From Bacteroidota bacterium (GTDB lineage: Bacteria; Bacteroidota; Bacteroidia; B-17B0; Aurantibacillaceae): a stretch of DNA of 64,000 bases. The stretch spans positions 244,672-308,671 of the forward strand of contig CANFTW010000001.1 in assembly GCA_947450025.1 (NCBI GenBank), written 5' to 3'. The notes below the pieces were generated by a model. The model did no database searches, was not told the origin of the DNA, and saw nothing but the letters and a program-made list of their open reading frames with translations. The translations under genes were made by a program, and so were the position numbers. Numbering within the stretch: position 1 is the stretch's first letter; every line of letters starts with the position of its first letter. Below are positions 20,809 through 28,818 of the stretch, in pieces.

Positions 20809-22164
20809 TTATCTTTCTTTTTCAAATAAAAGTCTTTTACCCATTTTAACAGTATTTACAGTGCCTCTGTCGTATGCTAAATGACCGTTAACATATGTTT
20901 GAATTACTTTGCTTGTAAAAAAAACATTATCAAAAGGCGACCATCCACATTTATATAAATTAGCCTCAGGAGAAGATTTCCATTTATCATTTAAATCCAC
21001 TAATACAAAATCCGCGTAATATCCTTCTCTTATGTAACCCCTGTCAATTAATCGATAAATCTCAGCAACATGATGACTTGTTTTTTCTACAATCTTCTCT
21101 AGAGTAAAATAACCTTGATGATACAATTCCAATAAAGTAACCAAAGCATGCTGCACTAATGGACCTCCCGACTTACTTTGAAAATAATTACCTTGCTTCT
21201 CAGATAATAAATGTGGTGCATGATCTGTTGCAATAATATCAATAACATTATTATTTAGCGCCTTAATCAAACCCAATTTATTATTTTCGGATTTTATAGA
21301 AGGATTCCATTTTATAAGATTACCCAAACGGTCATAATCTTTATCAGTAAACCATAAATGATGAATGCAAGCCTCAGATGTAATTCGTTTGTCTCTTAAT
21401 AACTTATTAGATTTAAACAATTCCGTTTCTATTTCTGTGGAAATATGATAGGCATGAAATCTTGCGTTGTATTTCTCAACTATTTCTATAACTTGTTTTG
21501 TAGCCTCAAAGCAAGCCTTTTCATTTCTAATAAGCGAATGATAATAAAGAGGAATATCATCACCAAATTTATCTTTATATAGCTTAGTATTATTATTAAC
21601 AATGTTATCATCTTCACAATGCAATGCTACTAATGTATTAGTTCTAGAAAAAAGCTGTTCTAGATAATCAGGGTAATTTGCTAATATTCCATCATCTAAA
21701 TTAAAATACAATCCATCATCTGTTAAGCCGCAAACAGTTTCATTATCAATCCTAAGTGCTTCTTCTAAATTATTTTTTGTAATACCCATAAAGAAAGAGT
21801 AATTAGCTAAAGATTGCTTTTTAGCACTATGATATTTCTCCTCTAATAATTTTAGCGTAGTTGTATTTGGAACTGTATTGGGCATATCCATAAAAGAAGT
21901 TACGCCACCAGCAACAGCTGCAATTGATTCAGATTGTATGGTTGCTTTATGAGTTAATCCCGGATCTCTGAAGTGAACTTGATCGTCAATTAAACCAGGC
22001 AACAAGTAAAGTCCTTCAGCATTAAACACCTTGCAATTAATATCAGGTAAATTAATGTTATTCGAAATTTTTTCAATTCTATCATTTACAATATAAACAT
22101 CCGAAACATAAATATTTCCTTCGTTAACTATAGTTGCATCTTTAATTAATAGTTTCATTTTCAT
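20809..22164 (-). CDS. pyrC: Dihydroorotase (Bacteroidota-type scaffold, atypical TDDG motif)
   Basis: PGLIDDQVHFRDPG, DMPNT, HCED, KWNPSIK, ATDHAPH, SGGPLVQHAL and KCGWSPF. Confidence 0.85.
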   Translation of the reverse strand: MKMKLLIKDATIVNEGNIYVSDVYIVNDRIEKISNNINLPDINCKVFNAEGLYLLPGLIDDQVHFRDPGLTHKATIQSESIAAVAGGVTSFMDMPNTVPNTTTLKLLEEKYHSAKKQSLANYSFFMGITKNNLEEALRIDNETVCGLTDDGLYFNLDDGILANYPDYLEQLFSRTNTLVALHCEDDNIVNNNTKLYKDKFGDDIPLYYHSLIRNEKACFEATKQVIEIVEKYNARFHAYHISTEIETELFKSNKLLRDKRITSEACIHHLWFTDKDYDRLGNLIKWNPSIKSENNKLGLIKALNNNVIDIIATDHAPHLLSEKQGNYFQSKSGGPLVQHALVTLLELYHQGYFTLEKIVEKTSHHVAEIYRLIDRGYIREGYYADFVLVDLNDKWKSSPEANLYKCGWSPFDNVFFTSKVIQTYVNGHLAYDRGTVNTVKMGKRLLFEKER

Positions 22165-22167
22165 TTT

Positions 22168-23004
22168 TTAAGGATTACACATATCACAATACATTGGATC
22201 TTCAGTAATAATATTATTAGGAAATAACTTATCTTCTGAATAACCACAATGTTTACAGAGGTAATGATGCGATAACACAGATTTAGTTTTATATCCGCAT
22301 CTCGCGCAAGGTAGACCATACTTAACATCTTCTACATCAAATCCTATGACATCACATTTTGGACAATGACTTTTGATTTTGCTTACTAACTTTTCAAATG
22401 CTTTTTCAATCACTAACATTCTTGAAGGATTATACATCGCCCTCATATCAGTTTCGGCATAAACTGAATTATATTTTAAAGACAAAAAATCATAAGCCTT
22501 TTTTAAATCATTGTAAGTTACAATACCTTTAAAAATATCATCATTACTATTCGGATCTTTTCTTAAAACAATTCCATGTGACGGGAATTTAACATCAGTA
22601 GCAAACTTCAAAACATCAGAAAATGATTCTACGTTTCTTCCACTAAAATTAGTGTTCATTGAAGTTTCAGAAGCAACAATTTCAATTCCATTTAACTTAT
22701 CTATGAATATTACCAATTCATTATCTATTGGCGAAAAATAATAAAATGGATGTGGTCCAAATGAACCTTCGCTGGCAACAGCAATATCTGCTCCCTCCAT
22801 TTCCATTGACATCAAACATTTCTTTCTTAAAGTAGTTAAAGGATCTTCTAATCTCTTAATCTCTCCAGAAAAGGTACCTAAACTGTCTGTATCAAAATTT
22901 GTAACAACACGACTGTTTAAATTAAATTCTTTTTTAAACATTGGAGCAACAACCTCTTCCTTTTTGTGCTTAGTGGCAATTAATATGGTTCTATTTTCAA
23001 ACAT
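22168..23004 (-). CDS. DUF6671-like protein with C-terminal 8-Cys region
   Basis: ILIATKHKKE, DTDSLGTFSGEI.R, ASEGSFGPHP and ETDMRAMYNPSRM; CPKC, CARC, CKHC and CDMCNP. Confidence 0.7.
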   Translation of the reverse strand: MFENRTILIATKHKKEEVVAPMFKKEFNLNSRVVTNFDTDSLGTFSGEIKRLEDPLTTLRKKCLMSMEMEGADIAVASEGSFGPHPFYYFSPIDNELVIFIDKLNGIEIVASETSMNTNFSGRNVESFSDVLKFATDVKFPSHGIVLRKDPNSNDDIFKGIVTYNDLKKAYDFLSLKYNSVYAETDMRAMYNPSRMLVIEKAFEKLVSKIKSHCPKCDVIGFDVEDVKYGLPCARCGYKTKSVLSHHYLCKHCGYSEDKLFPNNIITEDPMYCDMCNP

Positions 23005-23009
23005 TTCTA

Positions 23010-23604
23010 TTAATCTATTTTTTTTTCTAAAAATCTTTCAAACTCAGGTCTAAATAAATTGATAACTCCGCGGTATATAGAAACCGAAATACTTTTTTAA
23101 GATGGTGCTGCTTTTTGTCTATTTTGAATTCCTTTGGATAAAATGAAATTAAAATGTTAGCTTGAACCCTATCCAAAAAGTCTTGTCCATTGTCGTTAAA
23201 TAACATTCCTTTATTTGAAATTTCAAATAAAGTCAACTCAATGGAATGATTACTTACCATGTTGTTGAAATTTATAGAACCATTAAGAACAAGAGAGTTA
23301 GAATTATTTGGAGACAATTCGAGTAATTTTTGATTTTTAATGTAACCTGTAAAGGTCAAATAAGTATCATCTAAATCGTCTAACCAGGCATCTAAACTAT
23401 CATTCCCAATTTTGAATTTAGAAAAATCAATAACAATTCTTAATGATTGATCTTCGGTATTATAAAATAAGAAACAACCATCATTTTCATTTACGGAAAA
23501 ACATTGATGCTTGTTATAACATGAGTTAACATAAGCTTTAGAAGGCTTAACCGTTTGAGAAAAAACAGTACAATAAAAACAAGAAACAAACAAATACACT
23601 TCAT
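23010..23604 (-). CDS. Exported YceI-like protein with two apparent single-base homopolymer frameshifts
   Basis: The track ORF 23027-23599 is the middle frame. Adding one base at 23575-23579 and one at 23093-23098 gives MKCICLFLVFYCTVFSQ...KKSISVSIYRGVINLFRPEFERFLEKKID, which fits tightly between both neighbours. YceI-like segments: IDFSKFKIGNDSLD and LNGSINFNN. Confidence 0.55.
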
Positions 23605-23605
23605 A

Positions 23606-23905
23606 CTACACTGCCTTTAACTTTAAACGTAAATCATCTCCAAAATCTTTCGCAATATGACTCACAGGTGACGCATAAATTAATAAATCAGAACTCCCAA
23701 ATTTTGCATTCACATCATTATAAATACTATCAAACAATAAGGCTTTTGTAATAAAAAAAAGCCTTACTGTTGTCATTTCCGAATTATTTCCAAAAATTTT
23801 ATTTGTATCAATATGCGTATGAATAGCATATTTATTTTGTATAAGATATTTTGAAATTTCAATAGCAACTTTTTCGCTTCTTTGAACAATATCTATTACT
23901 ATCAT
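23606..23905 (-). CDS. CutA-like (PII-superfamily) small protein
   Basis: 99 aa. MIVIDI..SEKVAIEISKYLIQNKYA...VRLFFITKALLFDSI...LIYASPV..F.DDLR parallels the CutA pattern. Confidence 0.6.
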   Translation of the reverse strand: MIVIDIVQRSEKVAIEISKYLIQNKYAIHTHIDTNKIFGNNSEMTTVRLFFITKALLFDSIYNDVNAKFGSSDLLIYASPVSHIAKDFGDDLRLKLKAV

Positions 23906-24201
23906 TTTTTAGCTTCTCTTACTATTGGTTTAATTTCTATACTTCCATTAATTTCTAAATCCAAATTATTATTAGATGCATTATTTACAATTGCCTTCAT
24001 TAATAAATAAGATTCCTTTAATTCGAGAGCTCGCTGTTCGTGTTGATTAAATCTATTGTAGGAACCACTCAATTCTTGAAGCCTAAAAGATTCTAATTGA
24101 TGAAAATTAATCTTACTATTAAATAAGGCAAATAAGATATTTATTGAATCTGAAGGACTAAATTGACCTTCAATCAATTTGTATTTTTCGCTTTCTGTCA
24201 T
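23902..24201 (-). CDS. Small hypothetical protein (paralogue of the next gene)
   Basis: KLIEGQFSPSDSINILFALFNSKINFH...LEINGSIEI. Confidence 0.75.
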   Translation of the reverse strand: MTESEKYKLIEGQFSPSDSINILFALFNSKINFHQLESFRLQELSGSYNRFNQHEQRALELKESYLLMKAIVNNASNNNLDLEINGSIEIKPIVREAKK

Positions 24202-24210
24202 TGTATTTTA

Positions 24211-24450
24211 TTATAAGGTTATACTGCTTTGAATTGTAATTTTACCGCTTTGAGATTCAATATACTTTCTAATATCAAACAGGTCTTTTTGTAATTTTTT
24301 TATTCTTGCCTCTCTCATATTGATATCTTCCTCTTTTGCAGCTTGATTAATTTTATCTTCCTGAAATTTAATTTTAACATGAATCATTTTTGTCAAAATT
24401 TCTACGGCATCTTTTGGATCAAAATTCCCTTCTATTAATTGTATTTTCAT
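24211..24450 (-). CDS. Small hypothetical protein
   Basis: QLIEGNFDPKDAVEILTKMIHVKIKFQ...ITIQSSITL. Confidence 0.75.
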   Translation of the reverse strand: MKIQLIEGNFDPKDAVEILTKMIHVKIKFQEDKINQAAKEEDINMREARIKKLQKDLFDIRKYIESQSGKITIQSSITL

Positions 24451-24477
24451 TATTATAATTTTAAAAGTTTTATTTAA

Positions 24478-25914
24478 TTATTGTCCTTGTCCTAACGAAT
24501 AAGCTGCTTTTCCATCAAATGAATACAAATTCTCTGTTTTTATGGTATCTATTTCTTTATTTAAAGCATTATTCAAAAGTTCAATGATATTAGCCTTAGA
24601 AATTTGCACTCCTTCATGAGGTTTAAAGCGACATCTCCAATGATCTGTACAAAATGTTTCCTTAAAACCATCAGGCCAAACTTTAATACCACGGTTAGTA
24701 ATCATTGATAATGAAACGCCACCATTTTCAATGGTCTTAATCTTTGCAGCTAACTCATTAGGATCTATTCCTTGCCAGTGAACAAATAAATCTACTCCAA
24801 CCAATTCTTTTTTAGCTGCTGGTTTGCGTTTATATTTTGGAAGAGTCAAAGCAGAATTATTTGCATAAGAAACTGATTTAAGAATAGAAGGTTTTTCTCC
24901 AAGATTTTCGATAACCGCTTTTGCAAATTCTTTTGTGCCAACTTTTTGTTTACTGATACCTTCTTTATAAATATCGTAAGTATGAATACCATCCTCTAAT
25001 GTTTTTAACCATGCATTTTGAACTTTTTCAGCAACTTCTGTTTGTCCAATATGATTCAACATTAAAATAGCACCTTGAAGTAAGCCAGATGGATTTGCTA
25101 AATTTTGCCCAGCTCTTCTTGGCGCAGAACCGTGAATTGCTTCAAACATAGAGCATTCTTCTCCAATATTTGCAGAACCAGCTAAACCAACTGAACCTGT
25201 AATTTGAGCAGCAACATCACTTAAAACATCACCATACAAATTTGGCATTACAATTACATCAAATGCCTCTGGTGTATCCGCCATCTTTGCTGCGCCAATA
25301 TCAATAATCCAATGTTCATTTTCTATTTCAGGATATTCCTTTGCTATTTCGTCAAATACTTGATGAAATAATCCATCCGTTTGCTTCATGATATTATCCT
25401 TAGTGAAGCAAGTCACTTTTTTTCTATTTTGTTGTTTAGCATACTCAAAAGCATAGCGTACTATTTTTTCACAACCTGGTCTACTAATTAATTTCAAACA
25501 CTGAACAACCTCATCCGTTTGTTGATGTTCAATTCCTGCATATAAATCTTCCTCATTTTCCCTAACAATTACTATATCCATTATTGGATGCTTAGTACTT
25601 ACAAAAGGATGTAAGCTCATGCAAGGCCTAACATTTGAGTAAAGCCCTAAAAATTTACGAGTTGTAACATTTAAACTTTTATAGCCTCCTCCTTGTGGGG
25701 TAGTGATTGGTGCTTTTAAAAACACTTTATTACGCCTAATGGTTTCCCAAGATTCATTAGCTATACCAGAAGTATTACCAGCTAAATAAACTTTTTCGCC
25801 TACTTCAATTTCATCAATTTCAAGTTCAGCTCCTGCGGCTAAAATAATTTGTATGGTAGCATCCATGATTTCTGGACCAATACCATCTCCTTTTGCAACT
25901 GTTATTTTTGTCAT
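24478..25914 (-). CDS. icd: NADP-dependent isocitrate dehydrogenase (long Rickettsia/Thermus-like type with C-terminal extension)
   Basis: GDGIGPEI, KAPITTPQGGGYKSLNVT, RENEEDLYAGIE, KDNIMK, NLYGDVLSD and EAIHGSAP; C-terminal MITNRG.KVWP...CTDHWRCRF...YSLGQGQ. Confidence 0.92.
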   Translation of the reverse strand: MTKITVAKGDGIGPEIMDATIQIILAAGAELEIDEIEVGEKVYLAGNTSGIANESWETIRRNKVFLKAPITTPQGGGYKSLNVTTRKFLGLYSNVRPCMSLHPFVSTKHPIMDIVIVRENEEDLYAGIEHQQTDEVVQCLKLISRPGCEKIVRYAFEYAKQQNRKKVTCFTKDNIMKQTDGLFHQVFDEIAKEYPEIENEHWIIDIGAAKMADTPEAFDVIVMPNLYGDVLSDVAAQITGSVGLAGSANIGEECSMFEAIHGSAPRRAGQNLANPSGLLQGAILMLNHIGQTEVAEKVQNAWLKTLEDGIHTYDIYKEGISKQKVGTKEFAKAVIENLGEKPSILKSVSYANNSALTLPKYKRKPAAKKELVGVDLFVHWQGIDPNELAAKIKTIENGGVSLSMITNRGIKVWPDGFKETFCTDHWRCRFKPHEGVQISKANIIELLNNALNKEIDTIKTENLYSFDGKAAYSLGQGQ

Positions 25915-25926
25915 TATATTTTGGTT

Positions 25927-26139
25927 TTAATTAATTTCTGATACTTTTTTTAATTTTTCAATTGCCTTCCATATTAAAAAGACTATTACTGACGAAACAA
26001 TAACAGTAAGCACTGAATACAGCATCTCATTTGGAGATTTTCGAATCGAATCATCAAATCCATTGCTAGGAGATATTAGCCCTAACAATATTAATATGAT
26101 AGTTATAAATAAACTATGTAAATTTTCTTCTTGTTTCAT
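25927..26139 (-). CDS. Small two-TM hypothetical protein
   Basis: 70-aa ORF with two hydrophobic segments, 12 nt upstream of icd. Confidence 0.5.
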   Translation of the reverse strand: MKQEENLHSLFITIILILLGLISPSNGFDDSIRKSPNEMLYSVLTVIVSSVIVFLIWKAIEKLKKVSEIN

Positions 26140-26161
26140 ATTGTAGATGCTTAATTGTAAT

Positions 26162-26452
26162 TTATTGATTTAAAGTTGAAGAGGTCTCTTTTCTATTAAG
26201 AAACAGAGAAGTAAAAACTATTAATTTCATTAAAATAAAAATGAGAAGTTTATCCCCATAAATTAATAAAGTAAATACTAAAAATGGAGCCAAAACAAAT
26301 TCTAATTGTAAATCAAGAATCCCTAAATGATTCATTAGTAAAAGAGAAAATGTAATCAGGCCTCCTAATACCGAGACAAATATTCCTGATCCTGTAGCTT
26401 TGTTATTTTTGTTTTTATTTATCATAATACAAATTACTGAATTCGTATTCAT
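26162..26452 (-). CDS. Small two-TM hypothetical protein
   Basis: Two hydrophobic segments; first ORF of the operon. The start may be the second Met (MINKNK). Confidence 0.45.
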   Translation of the reverse strand: MNTNSVICIMINKNKNNKATGSGIFVSVLGGLITFSLLLMNHLGILDLQLEFVLAPFLVFTLLIYGDKLLIFILMKLIVFTSLFLNRKETSSTLNQ

Positions 26453-26481
26453 AAATTTTTATTTATATTTGTAATGATTAT

Positions 26482-26498
26482 CATAAAATATTTTTATG
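26482..26498. promoter_or_regulatory. Putative LysR operator (T-N11-A dyad)
   Basis: Perfect inverted repeat CATAAAA-TAT-TTTTATG overlapping the lysR ATG; TATATTTG -7 box at 26464-26471. Confidence 0.6.
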
Positions 26499-27419
26499 CA
26501 ATATACCTTAAACCAATTGCAGATATTCTTAAAAATATCTCAAACAAAAAGCATCACGAAAGCAGCTGAAGAATTATTCTTAACTCAACCTGCTGTATCA
26601 ATTCAATTAAAAAATTTCCAAAATCAATTTCAAATACCACTCACCGAAGTTGTGGGAAGACAATTATTTATAACAGATTTTGGAAAAGAAATTGCAATAG
26701 CTGCTGAAAACATAATTAATGAAGTGTATGCTATTAATTATAAAACATTAGCTTATAAAGGTAAACTAAGCGGGAGATTAAAAATATCAATCGTTTCTAC
26801 CGGTAAATACATCATGCCGTATTTTCTTTCTTCCTTTTTAAAACAAAATCCAGAAATTGAATTGTTATTAGATGTAACAAATAAAAGCAAAGTGATTGAA
26901 AGTTTAGAAAACAACGAAGTCGATTTTTCATTAGTGTCAGTTTTACCAGAAAAACTATCCATAGAAAAGGTGGAACTAATGTCAAACAAATTATTTTTAG
27001 TTGGTAACAACGAAAAGAAATTCAAACAAAAATCATACGACAAATCAGTTTTTGATGAGCTACAACTCATTTACAGAGAAAAAGGTTCTGGTACAAGATT
27101 AGTAATGGAGCAATTTATTGAAAAAAATAATTTACCAGTTCACAAAAAAATGGAATTAACCTCAAATGAAGCTGTAAAACAGGCTGTAATTGCAGGATTA
27201 GGCTATTCAATAATGCCACTCATCGGTTTAAAAACCGAATTACAACAAAAAGAAATACAAATTATACCATTTAAAAATTTTCCAATTAAATCAACGTGGC
27301 ATCTCATTTGGCTAAAAAATAAAAATCTATCGCCAGTTGCAACTTCCTTCTTAAATCATATAAAGAAAGAAAAAACCAACATAATAAACAACCATTTTGC
27401 TTGGTGTGAGAATTACTAA
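26496..27419 (+). CDS. LysR-family regulator, CbbR/CmpR-like
   Basis: YTLNQLQIF..SITKAAEELFLTQPAVSIQLK, VSTGKY.MP, RE.GSGTR and ELTSNEAVKQAVIAGLG. Confidence 0.88.
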   Translation: MQYTLNQLQIFLKISQTKSITKAAEELFLTQPAVSIQLKNFQNQFQIPLTEVVGRQLFITDFGKEIAIAAENIINEVYAINYKTLAYKGKLSGRLKISIVSTGKYIMPYFLSSFLKQNPEIELLLDVTNKSKVIESLENNEVDFSLVSVLPEKLSIEKVELMSNKLFLVGNNEKKFKQKSYDKSVFDELQLIYREKGSGTRLVMEQFIEKNNLPVHKKMELTSNEAVKQAVIAGLGYSIMPLIGLKTELQQKEIQIIPFKNFPIKSTWHLIWLKNKNLSPVATSFLNHIKKEKTNIINNHFAWCENY

Positions 27420-27420
27420 T

Positions 27421-28818
27421 TTATAGTTGATAATTTAATGTGCCTTTTAAATAAATAATGTTTAAAACAGTTTTAATAAATTTCAATTCATACTCTGATA
27501 ATTTCAATTCTGATTCTAGCCACTTACTCTCTCTTGTATTTAAAATAAATAAAGAACTCTCTCCGTTATTAAATTTCATTCTTTCAGCTTCCACCAATTG
27601 TTTATAATATTTCACTGAACGCTTAGCATTCAGAAGCTGTTCTGCCAATAAACTGATGTTTTGTTTTAATGCCCTAATTTTTAAATCTAACTCATTACTT
27701 TTACTTGCCAATTCTAAAGAATTATTTTGAGCATTTAGTTTAGACATTTTAAATTCATTTCTTGATTTTCTTAAAAAAATTGGAAGTGAGAAATCAACGC
27801 CCCATTTATAATTATTTTGAGAATACACTGGACTGTATGAATTTGGATTATATGACAAGAGATTATAGTTAACATTTAACTTTGGCTTAATCATTTCTCG
27901 TTTTAATTTATTATCTATTTCTAAAACATTTTGAAACGAATTATATTTTTCGATAATAGGACTAATTAAAGAATCTTGATTTAATCTAGCTACCAAACTA
28001 CTCTTTACTTTTTCAAAATAACCTTCTAAACTGTCTTGAGGCAGGTAGATCGTATTAAGAGATGCTCCATCGGTTTGCCAATTATAACTTGCTAATTCAT
28101 TATTCTGCTTTCGACTTTCAATTTCAGAAGACTGTAAATCTAACAATCGACTTTGATAAAAAATAGCAGCCTCAATCGTGTCAACTGCAGCTCTTTCACC
28201 AACGCTTGCTAAAGATTCTACTCCTATTAACCTTTGTCGAGCAAGATTTAAAAAATAATTATTTAAAGCAACTTGTTTCAAACAAAACAACCAATCAAAA
28301 TATTTTAAAGATGACTCAAATAACAAACTATTGACTTGTATGTTTTTTTCTGCCGAATAATAATTAACATATTCTTTCGACTTCATCACTTCTGCCCGTC
28401 TATAATCAATTAATAATCCTTGCAATAAACCAACTTCAATGCCCACATAAGGTAAGCCATAAGATGAGGTGTATTGCTCTGGATTTACATTAGCTCCCAC
28501 GCCATATTCATATCCAAATTTTAAATTTTGAGCAGTAAATAAGGGTATTTTAACACCAGTATTTAATACACTATAATAATTAGAATGATTATAAAACTTG
28601 TTATCATATGTTCCACTTATACTGGGATCAAAATTACCTTTAGCTGCTTTGTATTGCATCTCTCCATATTGTTTAATGTTTTCAGCCCTTTTTGATATAG
28701 GATTATTTTGTAATATATTTTTAAGATATAACTCATAACTTAATACGCTTGTTGTTTGTGCAATCAAACAATTAGAAAATAAAATTAAAAAGTAAAATAT
28801 GATGCTATTTTTTATCAT
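27421..28818 (-). CDS. TolC family outer-membrane efflux protein
   Basis: Signal peptide, AAKGNFDP, FSLPIFLRKSR and AE..KF.NGESSLF.LN.RE. Confidence 0.88.
   Translation of the reverse strand: MIKNSIIFYFLILFSNCLIAQTTSVLSYELYLKNILQNNPISKRAENIKQYGEMQYKAAKGNFDPSISGTYDNKFYNHSNYYSVLNTGVKIPLFTAQNLKFGYEYGVGANVNPEQYTSSYGLPYVGIEVGLLQGLLIDYRRAEVMKSKEYVNYYSAEKNIQVNSLLFESSLKYFDWLFCLKQVALNNYFLNLARQRLIGVESLASVGERAAVDTIEAAIFYQSRLLDLQSSEIESRKQNNELASYNWQTDGASLNTIYLPQDSLEGYFEKVKSSLVARLNQDSLISPIIEKYNSFQNVLEIDNKLKREMIKPKLNVNYNLLSYNPNSYSPVYSQNNYKWGVDFSLPIFLRKSRNEFKMSKLNAQNNSLELASKSNELDLKIRALKQNISLLAEQLLNAKRSVKYYKQLVEAERMKFNNGESSLFILNTRESKWLESELKLSEYELKFIKTVLNIIYLKGTLNYQL

Noticed and set aside
19800..27419. Evidence of autotrophy (Calvin cycle or reverse TCA)
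   Set aside because: No RuBisCO, phosphoribulokinase, citrate lyase or ferredoxin oxidoreductase in the window; SbtA, IDH and a CbbR-like regulator alone do not imply carbon fixation.
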